Shown here: piece by piece, positions 56,193-64,000 of the stretch
Layout: each line of letters opens with the position of its first letter
How positions within the stretch are numbered: the first letter of the stretch is position 1
Source: Polyangiales bacterium
GTDB taxonomy: Bacteria; Myxococcota_A; Polyangia; Polyangiales; Polyangiaceae
DNA: 64,000 nucleotides
Assembly: GCA_038230375.1 (NCBI GenBank)
Contig: JBBRNJ010000040.1
Span: 1-64,000, forward strand
Direction of reading: 5' to 3'
Notes under the pieces: model-generated
What the model saw: the letters and a program-made list of their open reading frames with translations, nothing else
What the model was told of the DNA's origin: nothing
Database searches by the model: none
Made by a program: the position numbers and the translations under genes

Positions 56193-57413
56193 TCACCGAC
56201 CCCCGTCGAGATCGACGGCCTTCGCCATCGCTTCGAGGCCGGCGTCGTTGCAGTGGAGGTGATCGCCGAAGTCGAAGCTCGCCTTGATGGACCTCGCGTC
56301 GGCAGGATCCCGAACGATCGCCTCGAAGTCGACGATCCCATGGGCCGCGGTATTCCCCCGCATCCACGTGTTGATCGCCACGCGCTTGGCCTCGCCGTCG
56401 TCCGAATAGTAGGGCGCACCGAAGAGGAGCGCGTTCTTCCATGGCAGCAGCGTCCCGAGGATGACCTTGACGTTCCTCTCCTTCGCCTGCGTTGCGATAG
56501 CGGTCAGCGCCGTGGTGATGTCGTCGACGGAGGGACACTGCGATGGGACCAGCGTGCCAAAGCCGATGTCGTTGATCCCGATGTGTACGATGACGTGGCT
56601 GACGCCGCTCTGGCCCAGGACGTCGCGAGCGAAGCGCTTCCGCACGCTCTCGCCGAGCGGCCCGTCCGCCGTGAGGCGGTTGCCAGCAAGTCCCGCGTTG
56701 CCGATGCCCACTCCTCGCGCGCCCGCTGAAAACCGCCTGGCAAGGTGGTTCGTGAATCGCTGATTGGCGTCCAGGGTCGAGCCGAAGCCATCCATGTTCG
56801 AGTCGCCGACCACGACGACGACGCTCGTGGGCTCGCGGCGGTACACGTCGACGCCAGTCACCCAGTGATAGGCCGTGGTGGTCCCGGGCGCGCGCGCGAG
56901 AGGAGCCATGGTCGAGGCGTGGAGCAGGTTGCCCTCACCGATGAAGCTGGTTTGCATCCCGAACTGGTGCCACGTTCGCGCAGGAGTCTCCGCTTTCACG
57001 AACACGCTGACCGCGAGGGTCGTATTCGGCGGGATGGCCATGGTCACGGCGTCCGACCACACCTCGGCCCCGGGCGCGACGGTGAACGTCTGCGCGCCAT
57101 CGACGCTGAGCGTACGGTCGCTCGCGGCGTCGGTCTCCGCGGCGGTCCTCGCGATGGCCACGTGCGCCCCGTCGATCACCAGCGGCGCGGTGCCGTAGAC
57201 GTTCGAGAGCCGAACGCGCAGCTGCTCGCCGCCGATCGAGGTCCGCACGATGTGTCGCAGCGTCGTGTTGGTGAACAAGAGCGGCGGCGGCAGGCCTGCC
57301 GGCCCAGGCGTCGCGTAGTCCGTCGGAGCAACAGACCACGTCGTATACGGCTTGAGCGGCAGCTTCGCATCGTGGTCGTGTGCCGAAAGATCCGGCTTCC
57401 TCGTGATGTTCAT
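56193..57413 (-). CDS. SGNH/GDSL-family hydrolase
   Basis: VGDSNMDG, NAGLAGN, IGINDI, DHLH; AAGGAG RBS. Confidence 0.9.
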   Translation of the reverse strand: MNITRKPDLSAHDHDAKLPLKPYTTWSVAPTDYATPGPAGLPPPLLFTNTTLRHIVRTSIGGEQLRVRLSNVYGTAPLVIDGAHVAIARTAAETDAASDRTLSVDGAQTFTVAPGAEVWSDAVTMAIPPNTTLAVSVFVKAETPARTWHQFGMQTSFIGEGNLLHASTMAPLARAPGTTTAYHWVTGVDVYRREPTSVVVVVGDSNMDGFGSTLDANQRFTNHLARRFSAGARGVGIGNAGLAGNRLTADGPLGESVRKRFARDVLGQSGVSHVIVHIGINDIGFGTLVPSQCPSVDDITTALTAIATQAKERNVKVILGTLLPWKNALLFGAPYYSDDGEAKRVAINTWMRGNTAAHGIVDFEAIVRDPADARSIKASFDFGDHLHCNDAGLEAMAKAVDLDGGR

Positions 57414-57513
57414 GGCTCCTTCATAACCGGCCCTCGTAGGCGGCGATTGGAGCAAGCGGACATTTGTCGCCGTGGTGTGGGTCGGCTTGCCGCTGTCGTG
57501 ATCGCGTGCAAGG

Positions 57514-58326
57514 GTGAGAGCGATGGATCTCCCGATGAAGACGGCGGCGCCTGTGCTTCCTGAGCTAGCGAAGCTCGTAGAAGTGGTTCACGTCGTCGGT
57601 CCGACCTCGGGAAAGCCGCTCATGACCGAGCGCCTCCCGGATGGCTCGATGAGCCTGCTCTTCCGTCTCACGGCGGGGAGGGCTGACTCCTCGCCGTCGT
57701 CGCGCGTGGGCGAGCTCATCATCGCCGGGCCGCGAACACATGTATTCTACAACATCATTCCGGACGTACTGTTCGCCCTCTATGTCCGCTTCCGTCCGGG
57801 TTGTGGCGGGCCGTTCGTGGGCGTCTCGGCGAACGAGCTCATCGACACCGCCGCGGGCATCGACGACGTGTGGGGCAAGGATGGTCTCGACCTCCGCGAT
57901 CGGATCCTTGCGGCCGCCGGTCCCAGCGAGATGCTCGACGTGCTACAGCGTGGACTCGCGGCGCGTGCTCGCCTCACGCTCGAGTCATCGTCCGAGCTGC
58001 TCGCGAGGCGGGCGGTGCGCCTCCTCGAGTCCAGTCCGCCATCACTCCGGATCGAGGAGTTGGCGGCGAAGCTTGGAGCGAGTACGCGTCATCTTCGCCG
58101 GACGTTCGCTGCGGCGGTCGGGGTGAGCCCGCGCGCGTTCGTACGAACCGTCCGTCTGCGACGCGCGATCGAGGCAGCCACGTCGGAGTCGAGCTTCACG
58201 AAGATCGCGCTGATGGCGGGCTACTACGACCAGGCGCACATGAACGCCGACTTCCGCGATCTCCTCGACGCCACACCGCGCGACTTCGTCCGTTCGCGAC
58301 GTCCTGCCCTGGTCGCGAAGAGGTGA
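57514..58326 (+). CDS. AraC-family transcriptional regulator
   Basis: ERLPDG N-domain; STRHLRRTF...GVSP, AGYYDQAHMNADFR; divergent from the hydrolase/SDR pair. Confidence 0.92.
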   Translation: MRAMDLPMKTAAPVLPELAKLVEVVHVVGPTSGKPLMTERLPDGSMSLLFRLTAGRADSSPSSRVGELIIAGPRTHVFYNIIPDVLFALYVRFRPGCGGPFVGVSANELIDTAAGIDDVWGKDGLDLRDRILAAAGPSEMLDVLQRGLAARARLTLESSSELLARRAVRLLESSPPSLRIEELAAKLGASTRHLRRTFAAAVGVSPRAFVRTVRLRRAIEAATSESSFTKIALMAGYYDQAHMNADFRDLLDATPRDFVRSRRPALVAKR

Positions 58327-58332
58327 AGGGCT

Positions 58333-59616
58333 TCAGTAGCCAATCGACTGCTCCCAGAAGACGATCTGCGAATCGCGCTGCGCTACGAAGGTCACGCCGC
58401 CGTCGTGCGAGATGACGATGGCGAGTCCTGCGGGGTGATCGTTGATGAAGCGATACGCAGCGCGGTGGCGGGTGCCCACGGCCTCGATGTCCGCGCGCTC
58501 TCGCCTGGTTCCTTCGGCGTCGAGCGCGCGCCAGACTTCCTTCGGTGATGGGAGCTCCGCCGAGACCTCGGCGCCAAACCCCTGGAGGCCGAAGCGCTTG
58601 TCGAGCACCACGGCCCCGTCGATGGCAGCCAGATTTCCGATCGCGCGGCTCCACTCGAACACGGCCTGCTCGAGCCGCTCGAGCTCGGGGCTGCTGCTCG
58701 AGACGAAGTCCGCCCAGTCGACGGACGGATTGTCCGTGGCGTTCGCGAGCGCCTCCAGGATGCCGAGAAGGAGCGTGCGATAGCGGCGCGTGGGTTCGTC
58801 TTGTTCGAATCTGTACTTCAGACGGAGTCCATCCGTGGAGTGGCCCGCGGTGGTCGGGTCGTCCCGCACGAGCATCATTCCACCGTGCTGCGCGCCCCGG
58901 ATGAGCTGGATGCAGCGACGAAGCATGTGCTGTCCGATTCGCCCGACGAGCCCGTGCTCCGCATCTGTCGGTCTCGCGCTCACGGCCTGCCGCTGTGAGT
59001 GTCGAGCGCGCACCTCCTCGCGTTCGCGCGCGAACATCGCGGGGAGCCACGTGGAGTCGAACACGTCCATGGTCGCGTCGCCCAGGCCGCCGCGCTCGAT
59101 CGCGCCGATGAGCTTTCCTGCACAGCGAACCGCGAGCTGTCCGGGACCCGTGACGTGAATGATGGGATCGTGGGTCCAGCTGCGCACGCTCCCGCGTCCC
59201 CCCCACGCGGGCGCCAGCCACCTTGGGCCGGAGTGCGCGATGCCCCAGATGCGCGGCGCGCCGTCCTCCACGTGCGCGCCGATGAGCGCGGTCTCGAAGG
59301 GCGCCGCAGGAGCGAGTCGCCGCAGCTCGTCGGCGTGCAGCGGCCTCGCGCGATCGAACATGAGCCTGAGGACCTCGCGGTTCGGCTCGCCGTCGACGGG
59401 GAGGCTCTCGGGGTGCGTGAGCAGCAACCGGAAGCGCGTTGGCCGTGCCTCCTCGGTCGTCATGGATGCCTGATACGACGCAGCGAGCGCCTCTTCGAGC
59501 AGGTCGATCGGAACCGTCAGCGGCGAGTCCGATGGCCAGTGCGACGTGACGAAGCGCACCAGATCCGGCGGATACGCACGAACGCGGGTCTTGCAGTGGT
59601 CGGTGTCTTCCTTCAT
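58333..59616 (-). CDS. Diadenylate cyclase (DAC/DisA_N)-like protein with large N-terminal putative sensor region (DACNV-type)
   Basis: AIDGAVVL (DGA), GFGAEV, GTRHRAAY (RHR), AIVISHDG; N-terminal ASMTTEEARP; no TM. Confidence 0.8.
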   Translation of the reverse strand: MKEDTDHCKTRVRAYPPDLVRFVTSHWPSDSPLTVPIDLLEEALAASYQASMTTEEARPTRFRLLLTHPESLPVDGEPNREVLRLMFDRARPLHADELRRLAPAAPFETALIGAHVEDGAPRIWGIAHSGPRWLAPAWGGRGSVRSWTHDPIIHVTGPGQLAVRCAGKLIGAIERGGLGDATMDVFDSTWLPAMFAREREEVRARHSQRQAVSARPTDAEHGLVGRIGQHMLRRCIQLIRGAQHGGMMLVRDDPTTAGHSTDGLRLKYRFEQDEPTRRYRTLLLGILEALANATDNPSVDWADFVSSSSPELERLEQAVFEWSRAIGNLAAIDGAVVLDKRFGLQGFGAEVSAELPSPKEVWRALDAEGTRRERADIEAVGTRHRAAYRFINDHPAGLAIVISHDGGVTFVAQRDSQIVFWEQSIGY

Positions 59617-60125
59617 CGGGAGATCGCGCAGGCCTTCGCGTTGTACGTGCCGATGAAGTCGCCGGGGAAGATGCGCTGCGTGATGAAATCAGCTTCGTCC
59701 TGGGTGAGCTGTCCGCTCGCGCGCGCGCCACAGTTGCCGACCACCGTGGTGTCGGACAGATGGATGTGGAGCGTTGTGCCGCGGGAGACAGTCAGCGGGA
59801 TGTGCGTCATCACCGGAATGAGCATGGACGGCGGGTCGCTCGAGGTCGGGTCCCATCCGGGAGCGAGCAGCGCGTAGGCCACTTCGCCGCCGGCGACGGC
59901 GCGGATGGTCTCGGATTCGCCGCCCGCGGCGACCGGAGACGAGAACAGCGCGGTGCTCCACCACACCTTGTAGACCGTGGTCTGCTGCGAAGGGTCATGG
60001 CTGTCCGTGGCCACGGGGTAGTCGTTGTCCACCACTGCATACGCCGCGTCTTCCGTCTGGCACGCGCCAAGGCCGAGGGCAAAGACGCAGGGAAGGGTGA
60101 GGTTACGGAGGGTGGGGTTCTTCAT
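59613..60125 (-). CDS. Hypothetical lipoprotein
   Basis: LGAC lipobox; two further Cys; 3 nt after the receptor stop. Confidence 0.75.
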   Translation of the reverse strand: MKNPTLRNLTLPCVFALGLGACQTEDAAYAVVDNDYPVATDSHDPSQQTTVYKVWWSTALFSSPVAAGGESETIRAVAGGEVAYALLAPGWDPTSSDPPSMLIPVMTHIPLTVSRGTTLHIHLSDTTVVGNCGARASGQLTQDEADFITQRIFPGDFIGTYNAKACAISR

Positions 60126-60128
60126 CGT

Positions 60129-62690
60129 TCAGTCCAGGAAGATCGTGCCCATGACACGGACGGTGAAGGGGTACGCGGGCGTGTAGTTCACCTCGTCGCA
60201 GCCATAGAAGTTGCCGTTCGCGCCGCCGCCCGCAGGATTCGTGGCGAGGCGCGCGTTGTTGCCGCACGAGAAGCCCGCAGGGACCGGCTTGCCGATGCCC
60301 GGCTCCGTGCGCAGCCGGCTGGTCGTGTCGAACTGCGCGGCGCGGAACTGCCCGTTGAACAGGTTCTCGATGTCGAACGCGATATCGAAGCGGCGATGCC
60401 TGTATCCTGCATGTAAATCGAACTGGGTGAACCCGGGCGCAACGATCTGGCCGTCGTCCGACGCAGGCCGATCACCGATGCCGTAGAAGAGGAGCCCGCC
60501 GCGGAAGATGCCCGGGACGGGACCGATGGTGTGGCGCGCGGACATGCCGCCGGACCACGTCTGCTTGGGCGCAAGCGCAAGGCCGCCGCCGTTCTCGTGG
60601 TCGGCTGTGAACTGCGAGTGCGTGAACGTGATGTCGCCGTCGGCCGAGAGCCAAGGCAGGAGCTCGTAGCGGGCCTCGAACTCGGCGCCGTATCGGTTCG
60701 TCGCCCCGCCCACATTCGTGGTGCCGTCGTCGCCGTTCCACGTGGTCTCGTTGGCAAGGTCCAGGTTCCACAGCGCGGCGGCGACGTCCAGCTTACGGAG
60801 CAGGCGAGCGCGCGCGCCGAGCTCCTCACCGCGCGCGCGGGTCAGCGGCGTGACCGCGGGGCTGCTGAAGACACCGCGCACGTCGTTGGAGTGGAAGCCC
60901 TCGCCGTAGTTGGCGTACACGTCGAGCTCGTAGTTGCGCTCCGCGATGGGCGTGACCACCGCGCTCGCCTTGGGGGAGAACTGGTGTGCGCTGTCAGTGC
61001 CGCTCCTCGGGTTCTGGGCATCGGTGGAGCCCGTGAGCGCGTTGTCCACCGCGAACGAGAGCATGTCCGCGCGACCGCCGGCGTTGAGGCGCAGCCACTT
61101 CGCGGGCGTCACCTCTTCGCTGACGTACGCGCCGATGAGGGTCTCGTGCACGTTGTTGCCCCGGAGCTGATTGAGCTGGTTGCGCTGCGCGGTGTGCCAG
61201 AGCTCCTCGTGGATGTCGTCCGAGCGGGTGTCGGCGCCGATGGTGGTGTCGAAGCGAACCCCGCGCAGCTGATGCACCACGCGGTAGCTCACCTTGCCGC
61301 CATAGAACGTGCGGCGATCGACCTGCTCGATCTCGTCGCCGTTGTTCGGGTCCTTCAGGAACAGCGTGAAGTTGGAGAACAGGTTGAAGCGGTACGTACC
61401 GACGTACGCCAGCGCCGTGACCTCGCTGTTCTCGCTCGGGCGAAACTTGTAGGATGCAAATAGTTGGTGACGCGCGGTGCTGCCGCCTTCGTTCGGGTCG
61501 ATGGATCCGAACCGGCCGATCTGTCCGCGCTCCACGGCCCGCCCTGGGATCTGGCCGGAGCCGTGCCACTCTCCCCCGTACGACGACTCACCGATCGAGA
61601 AGCTCGATGTCGGGGACACCTGGTAGGTGACCTTGTTCCAGAGCTTGTACTTGTCCCAGTTCTCGGGGTTGTCGAACGGGCCGTTCTGGCGGCCGATCTC
61701 CGCGGCGAACGTGGTCTTCACGTTGTCCCATTTCGGCGTGGCGACGAGCAGCCCGCGGTAGGCCGGCGCACCGTAGCCCGGGGAGCTGCCCGCGCCGAAG
61801 CCGACAGACGAGTGCTCGAAGTTGTCGCGCGTGACCAGGTTCACGGAGCCGGCCGTGGCGAAGTCGCCCTGGTTCGCGAAGTAAGGCCCCTTCGTGATCT
61901 CCACGCGCTCGACGGTCTCCGGAATGATGAAGTTCGTGTCCGAGAATCCCTGACCGTGCGCATGCGACACCATGTTGATCGGGATGCCGTCGATGCTGAG
62001 CGCGAGGTCCGTGCCATGGTCGGCGTCGAAGCCGCGCAGGAAGTACTGGTTCGCCTTGCCGCCGCCCGAGTGCTGCACGAGCACGAGGCCCGGCGTCACG
62101 CGAAGGATGTCCTGCACGGAGCCGATCGGGCGGAGCTGGAACTCGCGATCGCGCACGGACGTGGACGACGCAGCGCTGAGCGGCTTGCGCCCCAGGACCA
62201 GCGTGGAGTCTCCATTGTCCTGCGTCTGCGGCGGCGGCTCGGGCGTGGGAGGTGGCGGCGTTGGCGCTGGCGGCGTGGCGGTCGTTGCGCTCGCGAGCCT
62301 GAACGGGATCGACAGGGATACCGTGGAGCGGATCGGGGTATCGCCGCGGCGCGCGGGCGTGAAGGTCCACGCCTTCACGGCGGTCAGCGCGGCGGCATCG
62401 AATTCGGGGCCCGCTGACTGCGCGACACGTGCATCGGACACGTGCCCTGCCTCGTCGATCGTGATCTCCACGCCGACGTCGCCCTCGCGCTTCTCCGAGA
62501 GCGCGCGCGGCGGATACACGGGCTCGGGGTGGTCACCGAGTGAGGGCGGCGTGACCTGTTGCTCCTCGACTGTGGGCGTCGTGCCGTCGGTGGGGCCCGC
62601 TGCGTGAGCCAGAGGCGCATGGAAGACAGCCGATGCTGCGCATCCAAGGCAGAGCAGCAACGACGATCGGCGGCCGATCAGGTTTCCCAT
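60129..62690 (-). CDS. TonB-dependent receptor with N-terminal TonB C-terminal domain
   Basis: YPPRA...G.V...IDEAG.V...FDAAAL.AV..W.F.PA (TonB_C); plug PGLVLVQHSGGGKANQYFLRGFDADHGTD, ERVEITKGPY; IENLFN. Confidence 0.93.
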   Translation of the reverse strand: MGNLIGRRSSLLLCLGCAASAVFHAPLAHAAGPTDGTTPTVEEQQVTPPSLGDHPEPVYPPRALSEKREGDVGVEITIDEAGHVSDARVAQSAGPEFDAAALTAVKAWTFTPARRGDTPIRSTVSLSIPFRLASATTATPPAPTPPPPTPEPPPQTQDNGDSTLVLGRKPLSAASSTSVRDREFQLRPIGSVQDILRVTPGLVLVQHSGGGKANQYFLRGFDADHGTDLALSIDGIPINMVSHAHGQGFSDTNFIIPETVERVEITKGPYFANQGDFATAGSVNLVTRDNFEHSSVGFGAGSSPGYGAPAYRGLLVATPKWDNVKTTFAAEIGRQNGPFDNPENWDKYKLWNKVTYQVSPTSSFSIGESSYGGEWHGSGQIPGRAVERGQIGRFGSIDPNEGGSTARHQLFASYKFRPSENSEVTALAYVGTYRFNLFSNFTLFLKDPNNGDEIEQVDRRTFYGGKVSYRVVHQLRGVRFDTTIGADTRSDDIHEELWHTAQRNQLNQLRGNNVHETLIGAYVSEEVTPAKWLRLNAGGRADMLSFAVDNALTGSTDAQNPRSGTDSAHQFSPKASAVVTPIAERNYELDVYANYGEGFHSNDVRGVFSSPAVTPLTRARGEELGARARLLRKLDVAAALWNLDLANETTWNGDDGTTNVGGATNRYGAEFEARYELLPWLSADGDITFTHSQFTADHENGGGLALAPKQTWSGGMSARHTIGPVPGIFRGGLLFYGIGDRPASDDGQIVAPGFTQFDLHAGYRHRRFDIAFDIENLFNGQFRAAQFDTTSRLRTEPGIGKPVPAGFSCGNNARLATNPAGGGANGNFYGCDEVNYTPAYPFTVRVMGTIFLD

Positions 62691-62930
62691 GACGAACGCA
62701 CGCCTCACTAGCATGCAAACGCGCAGGTTGGCCCCGCGGATCGCCGAGCGTCGTGCGGGAGATCAGGAGATGAACATGAAGGGCGCCCGGCCTGGTTCAG
62801 TTGCTGGACGAGCCGGCTGAACCGGCGCTGGCAATGCTTTTCACAACGTTTTCAATAAATCGTTCTGATGTTGCAGCCTGGGCCGCTGCTGGTGGCGTTC
62901 ATTCCCTGCGCGGCGCGGTAGACTGGCTCG

Positions 62931-64000
62931 ATGGTGTCGTGGCATCGAAACGTCGGGATCGCGGGCGCGCTCGCCGCGATGGTCACCGCGTGCACCCTGT
63001 ACGACTCGGGTCTCCTCTTGCCGGCGTCCACCACGTCGGACGGAGGCTCCGATGGCGGCATGCCAGCAGCGGTCACCGACGGCGCCGCCCCGATAGATGC
63101 AGGATGCATGCATGCGAGCGCGCCGTCGCCGCCTGCGAAGGATGATCCCTCCGCCGCGCCGGAGCGGGACTTCGTCGTTGCGGCAAGCTACTTCAGGGTG
63201 GTCAACGGCGCGACGGCGACTCTTCCACCGTCGCCCACTGGCCTCGACCTTGACAACACCTGTACCTGCCCAGGCGCGCCGACCTGCACGGGGACGAGCT
63301 CCAAGGCCACGTGCGATCTGGATGGCGGCGCGGACGACAACGGCGGCATCTTCTTCGCGGAGTACGCCCTGCTCGACCCGGCGGGCTTCAGCGACATGGG
63401 GCTCAGCACGGCAGTGACCACCGGCGCGAACGGCCTCCTCTACCGCGTGAAGAACTACAACGGACAGCCCAACGACACACAGGTCACGGTGATCGCATAT
63501 GAGTCGTCCGGCATCCACGACAACGATGGCGGCGTGCTCACGCCCGTGCTCGACGGCACCGACGTGTGGACCATCGCGCCCAATTCCCTGCTCGGCGGCG
63601 ACAGCGTGGACGGCGGCGCATCGTGCGAGGGCAATGACTCGGTCTGCATCCCGACGTTCTTCGACACGAAGGCCTACGTCGTGAACGGCACGCTGGTAGC
63701 GCACCTCGACCACCCGTTCTTCGTGGGCTACCTGGTCTCGCGCATCCAGGTGCTGCTCTCCGGCTCGGTGCTCGTGGCGCCGCTGCTCCCCAGCGGCCCG
63801 AGCTTTCGCATCGACGACGGCCGCATCTCTGGCCGCTGGAGCACGACGAAGTTCCTCTCCGCGTTGCAAAGCGTCAGCGATCCGCTGCAAGGCACGGGAC
63901 CCAACGGCCTCTGCGGCGACTCCGGCACCTACGCAAATATCAAGTCAGGCGTCTGCGCCATCGCGGACGTCATGACGGACCCGAGCAAGGACAACAAGAA
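62931..64000 (+). CDS. Cys-containing lipoprotein (runs off right edge; absent from ORF track)
   Basis: Hand translation MVSWHRNVGIAGALAAMVTAC...GLDLDNTCTCPG...CDLDGGADDNG; frame consistent at the window end. Confidence 0.8.
   Translation, partial: MVSWHRNVGIAGALAAMVTACTLYDSGLLLPASTTSDGGSDGGMPAAVTDGAAPIDAGCMHASAPSPPAKDDPSAAPERDFVVAASYFRVVNGATATLPPSPTGLDLDNTCTCPGAPTCTGTSSKATCDLDGGADDNGGIFFAEYALLDPAGFSDMGLSTAVTTGANGLLYRVKNYNGQPNDTQVTVIAYESSGIHDNDGGVLTPVLDGTDVWTIAPNSLLGGDSVDGGASCEGNDSVCIPTFFDTKAYVVNGTLVAHLDHPFFVGYLVSRIQVLLSGSVLVAPLLPSGPSFRIDDGRISGRWSTTKFLSALQSVSDPLQGTGPNGLCGDSGTYANIKSGVCAIADVMTDPSKDNK

Noticed and set aside
57446..57465. GTCCGCTTGCTCCAA (minus strand) as the AraC regulator binding site
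   Set aside because: Single occurrence; resemblance is from memory only and cannot be tested within the window
62715..62930. Cobalamin, NiCo, fluoride or c-di-AMP (ydaO) riboswitch upstream of the receptor
   Set aside because: Only short fragments resemble these; the required conserved cores and pairings were not found by eye

Overview
A high-GC, gene-dense bacterial window. It is most likely Myxococcota (Polyangiales/Labilithrix-like), inferred from the many Cys-rich 'DAG'-linker lipoproteins, TPR/PEGA proteins and sigma54 promoters. Recognisable housekeeping genes are trmFO, mepA, plsB, mce, thrC, proA, rsfS, tatBC, rlmN-like, ccmC/ccmD, fmt and serC. They are interleaved with many uncharacterised lipoproteins, outer-membrane barrels and metalloproteases. 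I found no rRNA, tRNA, CRISPR array or transposase. Most notable observations: (1) a candidate ~59-nt sigma54-driven small RNA, a 19-bp hairpin with an AAU-C8 loop and a U-tract, at 46541-46599 (-), heading an 8-gene operon; (2) a tightly packed TonB-dependent receptor / lipoprotein / diadenylate-cyclase-like operon; (3) an Hsp70 whose ATPase and substrate-binding domains are separated by a ~530-aa disordered insert that contains an in-frame TAG; (4) a sigma54 operon with an upstream palindrome, encoding two beta-propeller lipoproteins and a barrel; (5) a branched intergenic element with three GGA-triloop hairpins; (6) hairpin-bearing apparent in-frame inserts in three enzymes. Three real ORFs missing from the supplied ORF track were recovered by hand: <1..584, 40921..41055 and 62931..>64000. 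Two reading-frame lesions (19216 and 44068) may be sequencing errors.
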